A DNA stretch of 64,000 nucleotides from Vulcanimicrobiota bacterium. GTDB taxonomy: Bacteria; Vulcanimicrobiota; Vulcanimicrobiia; Vulcanimicrobiales; Vulcanimicrobiaceae. Every line of letters starts with the position of its first letter. The first letter of the stretch is position 1. Of the stretch, positions 1 through 10,185 are shown piece after piece. The position numbers were made by a program, and so were the translations under genes. The notes under the pieces are model-generated. The model had not been told where the DNA came from. It saw only the letters and a program-made list of their open reading frames with translations, and did no database searches. The stretch covers positions 55,826 to 119,825 of the forward strand of contig CAWKOF010000007.1 in assembly GCA_963851255.1 (NCBI GenBank), given 5' to 3'.

Positions 1-38
1 CCCAAACCGTCGCCCCTGATCACCCTGCCGCCTAGAGT

Positions 39-887
39 TTGAAGTTCCTCACCTACCGTTGCGCTGACGGATCCCTGCGGCCGGGCGTGCTGGAAGACGG
101 CATGATCCGCACCATCGCGACCGAGACGCTGCGCGACTACATCGAGCTCGCGCCACACGAGCGCATCGCGTGGCACACGTCCGACGATTTGATTCTGCTG
201 AGCGACGTCTCGCTCGACGCGCCGGTCCGCCCTCCTCGCAACGTCTTCTGTGTCGGGCGCAACTATCTCGAACACGCCATCGAGGGCGCGCGGGCGGCGG
301 GACGCGAGCTAAAGCTCCCGAAGGTGCCGACCTTTTTCACCAAGGCGTCGACTGCGGTTGCCGCGCCGGGGTCCGATTTGCACTTGGACTCGCAGATTTC
401 GCGTCAATACGACTTCGAAGCCGAGCTGGCGGTCGTGATCGGCGCCCGCTGCAAAAACGTTTCGGAAGAAGAAGCGCGCAACGTCGTCTTCGGATTTACG
501 GCGCTCAACGACCTCACGGCTCGCGACCTGCAGCGCGACTACGGTCAGTGGTTCAAGGGCAAGAGTTTGGATTCGAGCTGTCCGCTCGGCCCCTGGATCG
601 TGACGCCCGAAGAAGTCGGCGATCCGCAGGCGCTCGAGGTCACCTTTGATTTGAACGGCGTTCGCAAACAGCAGAGCAACACCGCCAAGATGATCTTTCC
701 GATCTCGCGTCTCATCGCGGAGCTCTCTAAGGGAATGACGCTGCTCCCCGGCGACGTCATCGCGACCGGAACGCCCGAAGGCGTCGGCTTTGCACGCAAT
801 CCGCCCGAGTTTCTCGCAAACGGCGACGTGCTCGACGTCGGGATCGAGAAGGTCGGCCACCTGACGAATACCGTCGCGCTCGAATAA
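39..887 (+). CDS. Fumarylacetoacetate hydrolase (FAH) family protein
   Basis: 282-aa ORF with TTG start. FAH-family motifs FCVGRNYLEHA, DFEAELAVVIG, GDVIATGTPEGVG. Confidence 0.85.
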   Translation: MKFLTYRCADGSLRPGVLEDGMIRTIATETLRDYIELAPHERIAWHTSDDLILLSDVSLDAPVRPPRNVFCVGRNYLEHAIEGARAAGRELKLPKVPTFFTKASTAVAAPGSDLHLDSQISRQYDFEAELAVVIGARCKNVSEEEARNVVFGFTALNDLTARDLQRDYGQWFKGKSLDSSCPLGPWIVTPEEVGDPQALEVTFDLNGVRKQQSNTAKMIFPISRLIAELSKGMTLLPGDVIATGTPEGVGFARNPPEFLANGDVLDVGIEKVGHLTNTVALE

Positions 888-941
888 TCCGTCCGCCATT
901 CCGAAGGGCCACGAAGCTTGCGGGCCGTATGAGCCGGGGCT

Positions 942-2060
942 ATGATCGTTGCCGTTCCTCGCGAGGCCGCGGAAAAGGAGCGCAGGGTGGCGCTCGTGCC
1001 CGAGACCGTCGCGCGATTCATTAAGTTAGGCGTCGGCATCTGCGTGCAGCACGGTGCGGGCGACGCGGCCGCCTTTCCCGACGATCTCTACGAGAAGGCC
1101 GGCGCGACCTTCGCCGGCGACGTGCGGTCGCTAGCGGCTGGGGCCGACGTTTTGGTCACCGTCGGCCGTCCAAGCGACGAGATGCTCGACGCATTGCGCG
1201 CCGGCAGTGTCGTCGTCGGTTTTCTCAATCCGCTTGCAGACGCCGAGTACGTCAAACGGCTCGCCGGCGCCAAGTTGACGGCGCTTGCGATGGAGATGAT
1301 TCCGCGCATTACGCGCGCGCAGTCAATGGACGCGCTCTCGTCGCAGAGCAACATCGCCGGATACAAAGCGGTTCTGCTCGCGGCCGTTACGTTGCCCAAG
1401 TTCTTTCCGATGCTCACCACCGCTGCCGGCACGATCGCTCCTGCAAAAGTTCTCGTGCTCGGTGCGGGGGTCGCCGGCCTGCAAGCGATTGCGACCGCGC
1501 GCCGGCTGGGAGCGGTCGTCAGCGGCTACGACGTGCGCGCGGCAGTAAAGGAGCAAGTTCTCTCGCTGGGAGCGAGTTTTCTCGAGTTCGACGTCGGCGG
1601 CGACGGCGAAGGTGCGGGGGGCTACGCAAAGGAGCTGACGCCCGAGCAGCAAGTTCGGCAGCGCGAGTGGATGGTCGCGCAGATCGGCGCCAACGACGTC
1701 ATCATAACGACCGCGCTCGTACCCGGAAGGCGCGCGCCGGTGCTGATCAGCGAAGCGGCCGTTGCCGCGATGAAACCGGGAAGCGCGATCGTCGACCTCG
1801 CGGCCGAGGCCGGCGGCAACTGTGCGCTCACCGTCGCCGATCGGATCGTGACGACACCCAACGGCGTTACGATCGTCGGCACAACGAACTTGGCGAGCAC
1901 GATGCCTGCCGACGCGAGCCGCCTCTACTCGCGCAACGTCTACGCACTGCTCTCGCCGTGGATCGCCGACGGCGTGCTGAACATCGATTCGAACGATGAA
2001 GTTGCCAAAGGTGCAGTGGTCGCGCGCGACGGCAGCGTGCTGATCGGAGGAGGATCGTAA
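942..2060 (+). CDS. pntAA: NAD(P) transhydrogenase subunit alpha part 1
   Basis: 372 aa. Alanine dehydrogenase/PNT-type fold with Rossmann motif LGAGVAGLQAIATARRLGA. Followed by pntAB and pntB with overlapping stop/start codons. Confidence 0.9.
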   Translation: MIVAVPREAAEKERRVALVPETVARFIKLGVGICVQHGAGDAAAFPDDLYEKAGATFAGDVRSLAAGADVLVTVGRPSDEMLDALRAGSVVVGFLNPLADAEYVKRLAGAKLTALAMEMIPRITRAQSMDALSSQSNIAGYKAVLLAAVTLPKFFPMLTTAAGTIAPAKVLVLGAGVAGLQAIATARRLGAVVSGYDVRAAVKEQVLSLGASFLEFDVGGDGEGAGGYAKELTPEQQVRQREWMVAQIGANDVIITTALVPGRRAPVLISEAAVAAMKPGSAIVDLAAEAGGNCALTVADRIVTTPNGVTIVGTTNLASTMPADASRLYSRNVYALLSPWIADGVLNIDSNDEVAKGAVVARDGSVLIGGGS

Positions 2061-2368
2061 TGGACGCCGCTCACTACATCGAGCTGCTCACGGTGCTGAT
2101 GCTCGCGGTCTTCGTGGGTTTCGAGGTGATCTCGAAGGTGCCGACGACCCTGCATACGCCGCTGATGTCGGCGACGAACGCGATTCACGGGATCGTCCTC
2201 GCCGGCGCGATCGTGATCGTCGCGCGGCTCTTTACCGGAAGCGCGACCGCCGGCTTGACGATCCTCGCGATCGCGGCCGTTACGCTCGGCGCCATCAACG
2301 TCTTCGGAGGATTCGCCGTGACGGAACGCATGCTCCAGATGTTCAAGCGCAAGGAGCCTGGTAAGTGA
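2060..2368 (+). CDS. pntAB: NAD(P) transhydrogenase subunit alpha part 2 (membrane)
   Basis: 102 aa, hydrophobic helices. ATG overlaps the pntAA stop (TAATG). Position between pntAA and pntB. Confidence 0.85.
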   Translation: MDAAHYIELLTVLMLAVFVGFEVISKVPTTLHTPLMSATNAIHGIVLAGAIVIVARLFTGSATAGLTILAIAAVTLGAINVFGGFAVTERMLQMFKRKEPGK

Positions 2369-3765
2369 CCGCAACGGAAATCGGAACCTCGCTCGCGGAT
2401 CTGGTTGCAGTCGCATTATTCATCTACGGGCTTCACGAGCTGAACTCGCCGGCGACCGCACGCCGCGGCAACCAATTCGCGATGCTGGGAATGTTCATCG
2501 CGCTGGTCTCGATACTCGTTCAAACATCGGCGATTGGCTGGTGGGCAATCGCGATCGGGGTCGCGCTGGGCGGGGCAGTCGGAATTTATGCTGCCGTCAA
2601 GGTCAAGATGACGGCGATGCCGCAGATGGTCGCGCTCTACAACGGTGCCGGCGGCGGCGCGGCAGCACTGATCTCGACCGTTGCGTTCTTCAGCGCCGCA
2701 GGTGCGGGCAGCTCCAACGCGGTCGTCGCGGTCTCGCTCGTGCTCTCCGCGATCATCGGCGCGATTAGCTTGGCCGGCTCGATCGTCGCGTTCCTGAAGC
2801 TGCAAGAGGTGATGACGGGCCGCCCGATTACCTACCGGGGTCAGCAGCTCGTCAACGGAATCGTCTTGCTCGCGATTCTCGCGCTTGCCGCCTGGTTCGT
2901 CGTTACGCTGGGAACCGTGCCGGCCTGGGCGTTTGGAGCACTGCTACTAGCGGCGTTGCTGCTGGGAGTGCTCTTCGTTTTGCCGATCGGCGGCGCCGAC
3001 ATGCCGGTGGTGATTTCACTCTTGAACTCCTTCACCGGCGTGGCCGTCGCGATCACCGGATTCGAAATCGACTCGCCGCTGCTGATCATCTGCGGTGCGC
3101 TGGTGGGAGCGAGCGGCACCATTCTGACCGTTGCGATGAGCCGCGCGATGAACCGGCCGCTGACCAACGTGCTGTTCGGCGCTTTCGGAGCGGCGGGCGG
3201 AACCGAGGTCGCCTCGGCGAGCGGGGGGCCGCAGCAGATCCGCAGCACCAGCGCCGACGACGTCGGCGTGATGCTCGCGTACGCGTCGAAGGTCATCTTC
3301 GTCCCCGGTTACGGCATGGCGGTCGCGCAGGCGCAGCACAGCGTCAAAGCGCTCGCCGATCAGCTCGAGAAGCACGGTGTAAAAGTGCTCTATGCGATTC
3401 ATCCCGTCGCGGGGCGCATGCCCGGACACATGAACGTGCTGCTCGCCGAAGCGAACGTGCCGTACAATCAGCTGCTCGACATGGAAGATGCGAACGTGGA
3501 GTTCCCAACCGCCGACGTCGCGCTGGTCATCGGCGCCAACGACGTGACCAACCCGGCGGCGCGCAACGTCAAGAGTTCACCGATCTACGGCATGCCGATC
3601 CTCGACGTCGACAAGGCCGCCAACGTCGTCGTACTCAAGCGCTCGATGCGTTCGGGCTTCGCCGGCATCGAGAACCCGCTTTACGAGCTGCCGAATACCT
3701 CGATGCTCTTCGGCGACGCAAAAGCTTCGGTCGATGCGCTGACCGCCGCGGTTAAGGCGCTTTAA
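2365..3765 (+). CDS. pntB: NAD(P) transhydrogenase subunit beta
   Basis: 466 aa, GTG start in a GTGA overlap. Polytopic N-terminus, then NADP(H) domain motifs GYGMAVAQAQH and IHPVAGRMPGHMNVLLAEA. Confidence 0.9.
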   Translation: MTATEIGTSLADLVAVALFIYGLHELNSPATARRGNQFAMLGMFIALVSILVQTSAIGWWAIAIGVALGGAVGIYAAVKVKMTAMPQMVALYNGAGGGAAALISTVAFFSAAGAGSSNAVVAVSLVLSAIIGAISLAGSIVAFLKLQEVMTGRPITYRGQQLVNGIVLLAILALAAWFVVTLGTVPAWAFGALLLAALLLGVLFVLPIGGADMPVVISLLNSFTGVAVAITGFEIDSPLLIICGALVGASGTILTVAMSRAMNRPLTNVLFGAFGAAGGTEVASASGGPQQIRSTSADDVGVMLAYASKVIFVPGYGMAVAQAQHSVKALADQLEKHGVKVLYAIHPVAGRMPGHMNVLLAEANVPYNQLLDMEDANVEFPTADVALVIGANDVTNPAARNVKSSPIYGMPILDVDKAANVVVLKRSMRSGFAGIENPLYELPNTSMLFGDAKASVDALTAAVKAL

Positions 3766-3840
3766 TTCGTTCGGACCGCGTTTATCTAGCAGTCAAGCGA
3801 TTCGGCACGCAGCTGCGGGCGCGACGCGAGCGAGTTTAGC

Positions 3841-5160
3841 TCAAGGCGTCAGCGCGAAGACGATTCCGCAGCCTAAGTAACAATGCCCACCGCCGACGTA
3901 CCCGCCGTATGGCGTCGTCCCGTAGAGTCGGCCTTTCAAGTACGTCAAGCCGGCCATCGGATATAGCCCACTCGACTTGCCGTCGAAACGGTACAACACC
4001 GCCTCCTTGCCGCTGGTCGTGACCCTGAAGACGGTTCCGCAACCGAATGCGCCGGTCGTTATGCAAGCCGTGCCACCTGCCGAAGTCGTGCCGTAAAGCA
4101 CGCCATTCGCATTGATCAACCCGCCGTCGGGCACGGCCGCGTCCGGAAGTGCTTTGAAGCGGTACAACGTCGTTACGGTGCCGCCGGTGGAAATCTTGTA
4201 AATGCTGCCCCGGCTCCAAAGTAGAGTACCGGTCGTGCCGTACAACGTTCCGTGAACGTCGAGTAGGCCGCCAGTCGGAAACCTTCCATCTGTCTGACCT
4301 TTGAATCGATGAAGCACCGTCTCAGAGCCGCTCGTCGTTATGCTATAAACGGTGCCGCATCCATCGGGAAAACCCGTGGTGCGGTCTCCGCAGTTCACGC
4401 CGCCCTGCGGGGTGACTCCATACAGCGTCCCGTTGACAGCGGTCGGGGGTGAGTCTGGCTCCGCGCCATCGGGAATACCCTTAAAGGCGTGAAGCACGCT
4501 CTCGGAACCGTTCGGGCTGATGCTAAAGACAGTTCCACAGCCGCTCGTATCGGTGCCACCGCCGCAGTAGCCGTAGCCGCCGCCCAAGAGCGTCGTGCCG
4601 TACAACGTGCTGTCAACCTGGATGAGCGCGCTTGCCGGATTCGCGCCGTCAGAACCGCCTTGGAAGCTATATAACAGTTTCTCGGAACCGCTGGTGCTGA
4701 TGCTGAAAACCGTTCCGCAACCGTCGCCATTACATCCCGAACCACCGCCCCTGAGTGTCGTGCCGTAGAGCGTGCCATCGACGTCGATCAGCGGCGCATG
4801 AGGATATGCTCCGTCCGAGGCACCGCCTTTGAAGCGATAGAGCGTCGTCTTTACGCCGGCCGCGCTGACGCTGAAAACCGTCCCATAACCGCAGCGATCA
4901 CGGTGACATGGGTGCGCCTCAGACGTCGTTCCATAGAGCGTTCCGTTGACGTTGAGCAAAGCAGACTGCGGATCGACCCCGCCGCCGTACTTACGGCCGA
5001 AGCGATGTAGCACTCGAAACGACGACGACGATGTGTAGTCAACGACTTGCGGCACCGCTGCCGACGGACCGATCGGCGGCTGCGATCCACCGCACCCTGC
5101 GAGCAATGCTGCGGTGACGCAGCTGCTTATTGCATGGTGGCTAAGATTCCAACGTCTCAT
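3841..5160 (-). CDS. Secreted lipoprotein with seven GloVer-type tandem repeats
   Basis: 439 aa. Lipobox-like LLAGCGG near the N-terminus. Seven ~50-aa repeats, each with xGxLYGTT ... GCGTVF(S/R)(I/V) ... SG.E.VL(Y/H).FKG..DG..P. Confidence 0.75.
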   Translation of the reverse strand: MRRWNLSHHAISSCVTAALLAGCGGSQPPIGPSAAVPQVVDYTSSSSFRVLHRFGRKYGGGVDPQSALLNVNGTLYGTTSEAHPCHRDRCGYGTVFSVSAAGVKTTLYRFKGGASDGAYPHAPLIDVDGTLYGTTLRGGGSGCNGDGCGTVFSISTSGSEKLLYSFQGGSDGANPASALIQVDSTLYGTTLLGGGYGYCGGGTDTSGCGTVFSISPNGSESVLHAFKGIPDGAEPDSPPTAVNGTLYGVTPQGGVNCGDRTTGFPDGCGTVYSITTSGSETVLHRFKGQTDGRFPTGGLLDVHGTLYGTTGTLLWSRGSIYKISTGGTVTTLYRFKALPDAAVPDGGLINANGVLYGTTSAGGTACITTGAFGCGTVFRVTTSGKEAVLYRFDGKSSGLYPMAGLTYLKGRLYGTTPYGGYVGGGHCYLGCGIVFALTP

Positions 5161-5237
5161 GTGTGCTTCGCTCCTTGCTCACTGAACATTATGGTGCCTC
5201 GGCCTGATTCGCCGCATCGGTCATACCGCGCTGCCGG

Positions 5238-8200
5238 TCAAGGCGTTGTAACGGAGGCCGGACCTTCGGGCAGATGGTGTGGAGGCGACGGTGGCCGCGG
5301 CAGGTCGGTTGGCTGCGTCGGGCCTTTCTTGCGCTTTCCGCGTTCGGTCAGCTCGATGACGACGACGTAGAGCACCGGTACGATCGCCAGATTCATCACG
5401 GTCGAGACGAGCATTCCGCCCAAAACCGCCGTACCCAGCGAGATTCGCGACTGCGCGCCGTCGCCATGTGCGAAGGCAAGCGGCATGATCCCGAGGATGA
5501 ACGCGATCGAGGTCATCAGGATTGGGCGCAACCGCGTAGCGGCGGCGTGCGCGACCGCTTCGACCGGCTCCATTCCCCGTTCGCGAAGCTGATTTGCGAA
5601 CTCGACGATCAGAATTGCGTTTTTGGCCGCCAGCCCGATCAACATGACGTATCCGATCTGCGCGTAGATGTCCGACGACGTGATCGGAATCGGGACCGGA
5701 TGTCCGGCGAGCTTCGAGTGGATGACGAAGCTCGCGAGCTCTGCCAGCCGACGAATGTAGATCGCCCCGATCGCCCCGAGCAGCGCGAGCGGCACCGCCA
5801 GCATGATCACAAACGGCGTGGATAGACTTTCGTACTGTGCGACGAGCACGAGAAAAACGAAGAGCAGGCCCATCACAAAGACGGCGATCGTCTGCGGTCC
5901 GCTTTGAACTTGCTGACGCGCGATGCCGCTCCAATCGTAGCCCATGCCCTTGGGCAGATTCGCTGCCACGTGTCGCCGGATCGCGTCGAGTGCCTCGCCC
6001 GAGCTGGCGCCCAGGCCGGGGTTGCCGTCGATCTCGTACGCATTGTACTCGTTGAAGCGCATGATCGCGACGTTGTCGGTCGCCAGCCGCGTCTTCAAAA
6101 ACTGGCTAACCGGCATCATGTCGCCGTTGCCGTTGGCGACGTAGATGCGGGAGAGATCCGAGGGCGAAGTACGTTGGCCGGCCTTGGCTTGAAGCACGAC
6201 TTGGTACGAACGGGTGCCGTAGTCGAAGAAATTCACAAAGGTCGAGCCCGTCGTGCCGTTGATCGTGTCGAAGAAGGAGCTCGGCGTTACGCCGAACGCA
6301 AGCGCTTTCGATCGATCGAACTCGGTGACCAGATACGTGCCGGTAAAGATCGTAGGGAAGCGAACTTGCTGCAGCTTCGGGTCGCGTCTCGCGTCGGTGA
6401 GGATTTTATTGCTAACCTTATCCAGCGTCCGCAGACCGAGATTGTTGATGTCTTGGATTTGAATCGAGAACCCGCCGGTCGAACCTAAGCCGGGAATCGC
6501 CGGAGGGTTGACGGGGTACGCCGTCAGGTTCGGAATCTTCAAAAACTGCTGATATAGATCGTACTGGACGGCGAGCGACGAGTTTGCCACACCGTGCCGC
6601 TCCGCGAGCGGGTTGAGCTGCAGGAACATCGTGGCCTGATTCGAGCTGTTGTTCGCGAAGCCGAAGCCGATTCCAGAGGTCACCGCCGCCACCTGCGGCA
6701 TCTTGTGCATCATGTTTTCGAGCCGTTTCACGACGGCGGTGGTTTGGTCGATCGAGGCCTGAATCGGAAGCGTCACGAGGACGTAGAGCAGACTCTGATC
6801 TTCGTTGGGAAGAAACCCGGTCGGCGTGATCTTGAACATCAGGCCGAGCAGCGCGATTCCGGCGACGAAGGTTACAAGCACCAGTTTTTGGCGCCCGATC
6901 AGCCGAGGTACGAGGCGCCGATACCAACCCGTTAGGGCCACAAGCCGGTCGTTGAACCAGAGCATGAAACGGTTGCGCGTCGGTTCGGCGCCGTGTACGA
7001 GGAGGTAGGTCAGCACCGGAGCGAGCGTCATCGCCGTGAAGAGCGAGATTCCGATCGAGGCCGCCATCGTCAGCGCGAACTGCTGGAAGAGCAAGCCGGT
7101 CGTTCCCGGCAGAAATGCGACCGGAATGAAGACCGACATGAGCACGAGCGACGTGGCGACGACGGCACCCCCGATCTCTCGCATGGCGCGCACGGTCGCC
7201 TCGAACGGCGAACTCTTGTCGTCCACGATGTGGCGCACGATGTTCTCCAGTACGACGATGGCGTCATCGACGACCAATCCGGTTGCCAGCGTCAGGCCGA
7301 AGAGCGAAAGGGTGTTGATCGAAAAACCGAGCAGCTTCATCGCCGCGAACGTGCCGATCAGCGAGACGGGAATCGTGATAGACGGAATGATCGTGCTGTG
7401 CCAGCTCTGCAAAAAGATGAAGATGACGAGGACGACCAAGAGGATCGCGATCAGCAACGTAACCAGAACCTCCTTGATCGACGCGCGCACGAAGTCGGAG
7501 GTGTCAAAGGCGATTTTGTACGCGTAGCCGGCCGGCATCGTCTGCGCGATTTGCGCCATCGTCGTCCGGACGTTCTTTGAGATTTGGAGAGAGTTGGCGG
7601 TCGGCTCGCCGATGACCGCCAGTACGACGGCGGTTCGTCCGTTGTATCGCGCGGAGGTCACGTAGTTCTGCGCGCCGAGCTCGACCTGCGCGACGTCGCC
7701 GAGTCGCAGATAGCCGCCGTTCGCCTGCGCCTGCAGGACGATCTGCTTGAACTCTTCGGGCGTTTGGAGCCGGCCGTTGATCGAGATCGGAATCTGGAAC
7801 GGTTGCGACCCGGTCGTCGGCGGTTGGCCGATCGAGCCCGGGGCAACGTCGGCGTTATTCTGTTTGATGGCGTTGAGAACGGTATCGACCGAGACGTTGT
7901 TGGCTTGCAGCTTGTGCGGATCGACCCAGATGCGCATGCCGTAGGTGCGATCGCCGAGCACTATCACCTGGCCAACGCCGGGCACGCGCTTGAGATTCTC
8001 GATGACGTTGAGGTCGGCGTAGTTGCTCACTGCGACGTCCGAGACGGCCGCGCTGGTGGAGAGCATCGCCACCGCAATCGTGATGTTGCCGGAGCTCTTC
8101 TGCACGCTCACGCCCTCGCTCTGAACGGCTTGCGGCAGTTGCGACAACGTGAGATCGACGCCGTGCTGGACGTTAGTCTGATCGGTCGTCGGATCGGTGC

Positions 8201-8489
8201 CGAGGGCGAAGGTGCACGTAATCACGCTGGTTCCGTTGGCGCTGGAGTACGACTGCATGTACTGCAACCCGTCCGAGCCGTTGATGTTGATCTCGAGCGG
8301 CGTCGTGACCGAGCGCATTACCATCGCGGCGGTCGCACCTGGATACTGCGACGTGACCGTCACCGTCGGCGGCGAAATCTGGGGGTACTGCGCGACCGGC
8401 AGTGCCGGAATCGTGATCAGGCCGGCGAGCAGCACGATGAAACTCATCACGGCCGCAAAGTGCGGACGCCGCAAGAAGAACTCGATCAT
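5238..8489 (-). CDS. RND efflux transporter permease, AcrB/HAE1-like
   Basis: 1083 aa. Classic AcrB N-terminus MIEFFLRRPHFAAVMSFIVLLAGLITIPALPVAQYPQISPPTVTV, two large periplasmic loops and 12 predicted TM segments. Confidence 0.9.
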   Translation of the reverse strand: MIEFFLRRPHFAAVMSFIVLLAGLITIPALPVAQYPQISPPTVTVTSQYPGATAAMVMRSVTTPLEININGSDGLQYMQSYSSANGTSVITCTFALGTDPTTDQTNVQHGVDLTLSQLPQAVQSEGVSVQKSSGNITIAVAMLSTSAAVSDVAVSNYADLNVIENLKRVPGVGQVIVLGDRTYGMRIWVDPHKLQANNVSVDTVLNAIKQNNADVAPGSIGQPPTTGSQPFQIPISINGRLQTPEEFKQIVLQAQANGGYLRLGDVAQVELGAQNYVTSARYNGRTAVVLAVIGEPTANSLQISKNVRTTMAQIAQTMPAGYAYKIAFDTSDFVRASIKEVLVTLLIAILLVVLVIFIFLQSWHSTIIPSITIPVSLIGTFAAMKLLGFSINTLSLFGLTLATGLVVDDAIVVLENIVRHIVDDKSSPFEATVRAMREIGGAVVATSLVLMSVFIPVAFLPGTTGLLFQQFALTMAASIGISLFTAMTLAPVLTYLLVHGAEPTRNRFMLWFNDRLVALTGWYRRLVPRLIGRQKLVLVTFVAGIALLGLMFKITPTGFLPNEDQSLLYVLVTLPIQASIDQTTAVVKRLENMMHKMPQVAAVTSGIGFGFANNSSNQATMFLQLNPLAERHGVANSSLAVQYDLYQQFLKIPNLTAYPVNPPAIPGLGSTGGFSIQIQDINNLGLRTLDKVSNKILTDARRDPKLQQVRFPTIFTGTYLVTEFDRSKALAFGVTPSSFFDTINGTTGSTFVNFFDYGTRSYQVVLQAKAGQRTSPSDLSRIYVANGNGDMMPVSQFLKTRLATDNVAIMRFNEYNAYEIDGNPGLGASSGEALDAIRRHVAANLPKGMGYDWSGIARQQVQSGPQTIAVFVMGLLFVFLVLVAQYESLSTPFVIMLAVPLALLGAIGAIYIRRLAELASFVIHSKLAGHPVPIPITSSDIYAQIGYVMLIGLAAKNAILIVEFANQLRERGMEPVEAVAHAAATRLRPILMTSIAFILGIMPLAFAHGDGAQSRISLGTAVLGGMLVSTVMNLAIVPVLYVVVIELTERGKRKKGPTQPTDLPRPPSPPHHLPEGPASVTTP

Positions 8490-8514
8490 GCGGCCGCATC
8501 CAGTGAGAGAACGG

Positions 8515-10185
8515 TTATTTCCTCCCCAACCGCCACCGATAGGCGTTCCACGTTGGCACGAATGCGTTCGGCGCGAAACCGCGTAAGCGCTTGCGATACG
8601 CGTAAATATAATCGGCGTTGAACAAGTAGAGCACCGGAACTTCCCGGGCTACGATTCGCCCGATCTGGCCGTAAAGCCGTTTGCGCGCGTTTAGGCCGGT
8701 CTGCGCGAGCGCCGCCCGTTCGAGACGATCGACCTGTAAATCGCACCAGCGCATGTAGTTCGAAGCTCCGCCGCATCCAAGCACCGAGGAATCGTCGGGA
8801 TCGGCGCCCATCGTCCAGGGCACGTACGCAAGGTCGAAGTCACCGACTGCCAGCACCCCGGTGCGAGGAAGAAAGAGCTGCGCGTTGCTGACGGCTTTGA
8901 TCGTGACGTCGACGCCGCGTTCGCGCAGCGATGCTTGAACCGACGTCGCGACGCGCACGCCGGTCGCAGTCTCGGGAAACTGCACGTAGACGAGATCGAG
9001 CGGGGCACCGTTACGCCGGCGCGCGCCGTCGGGACCGCGACGCCAGCCGGCGAGGTCGAGGAGCCGATCCGCGCCGCCCGGGTCGTACCCCGGCTGGCGC
9101 ACCGAAGGATCGAAGGCCCACGAGAATTGCGGCTGGATCATGTTGGTCACCGGATAGAAGCCGAGCGTGATCTTTCGCGAGATCTCGTTGCGGTCGATAG
9201 ACATCGCGATCGCGCGGCGCACGCGCACGTCGTCGAGCGGACGGCGCGCGGTGTTGAAGGCGAGGCCGGCGACCACCGCGGTCGGCACGGTGAGGAAAGC
9301 GAGATTCGGATCGCGGCGGACCACGGCGAGCTGCGCGGGGGCGAGCAGGTTCCAATCGAGCGCCCCCGATTGCAGCAAGAGCAAATTCGTCGAGGGGTCG
9401 GGGATCGTTCGAATCGAGAGATCTGCAACCGGCGGTGGGCCGCGCCAATAGCGAGGGTTCGCGGCGTAGTGCAGCCCCTCGCCGCGCCTCCACGAGACGA
9501 AGCGATAGGGCCCGTCGCCGACGACGGGCGCGGCGTTGAACGCAGCCCGAGCCAGCGGAGCCTCGGCGCTCAAGATATGAGACGGCAAAACGAACTGCGC
9601 CGAGGTACCGTACGAGAAATAGGTCATCACGGCCGGCGCCCAAGGCCGCGCCATGTGAAAGAAGACGGTACGCGGACCCTGAGCCGAGGCGCGGTCGATG
9701 AGCTCGTAGCCTTCGTGCGAGCGGACCGGATTACGCGGATCGAGGATTGCGCGTAAGGTGAAGAGGACGTCCTGCGCCGTGACCGGCCTGCCGTCGCTCC
9801 AGCGGACTCCCGCGCGCAGGCGATAGCGAATCGTCCGCCCGTCGGCCGAGATCCCGCCGTTGCTGCGGCTCGGGATTTCTGCCAGCAGCGCCGGCTGCGG
9901 GCGCCCGTGCGAATCGAGATCGATGAACGGCTCAAAGACCAGGCGAGCGGCCTGCAGCTCGACCGAGGCGGCGTCGGGAGTCAGGAAGAGCGGGTTGAGC
10001 GTGCGCGGGTCGGCGGCCAGGTCGAACCGGAGCGCCGCCGGCGCCGCCGGCTGGGCCGCCTTGGTGCAGCCGACCGCCAGCCCAAGCGTGAGAAAACAAG
10101 AAAACCATAAACCGAGGGTTGCCCCGAACGGATTTGTGGTGTTATTGTTACGAGGCCGAATATTGTTCGGCAAATCTGCTCCCAT
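8515..10185 (-). CDS. Extracellular solute-binding protein family 5 (peptide/nickel ABC type), lipoprotein
   Basis: The ORF extends to 10302. I prefer Met at 10185 (MGADL...), which is followed by lipobox LTLGLAVGC. Family-5 SBP-like sequence throughout (ANPRYWRGPP, LLLQSGALDW). Confidence 0.75.
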   Translation of the reverse strand: MGADLPNNIRPRNNNTTNPFGATLGLWFSCFLTLGLAVGCTKAAQPAAPAALRFDLAADPRTLNPLFLTPDAASVELQAARLVFEPFIDLDSHGRPQPALLAEIPSRSNGGISADGRTIRYRLRAGVRWSDGRPVTAQDVLFTLRAILDPRNPVRSHEGYELIDRASAQGPRTVFFHMARPWAPAVMTYFSYGTSAQFVLPSHILSAEAPLARAAFNAAPVVGDGPYRFVSWRRGEGLHYAANPRYWRGPPPVADLSIRTIPDPSTNLLLLQSGALDWNLLAPAQLAVVRRDPNLAFLTVPTAVVAGLAFNTARRPLDDVRVRRAIAMSIDRNEISRKITLGFYPVTNMIQPQFSWAFDPSVRQPGYDPGGADRLLDLAGWRRGPDGARRRNGAPLDLVYVQFPETATGVRVATSVQASLRERGVDVTIKAVSNAQLFLPRTGVLAVGDFDLAYVPWTMGADPDDSSVLGCGGASNYMRWCDLQVDRLERAALAQTGLNARKRLYGQIGRIVAREVPVLYLFNADYIYAYRKRLRGFAPNAFVPTWNAYRWRLGRK

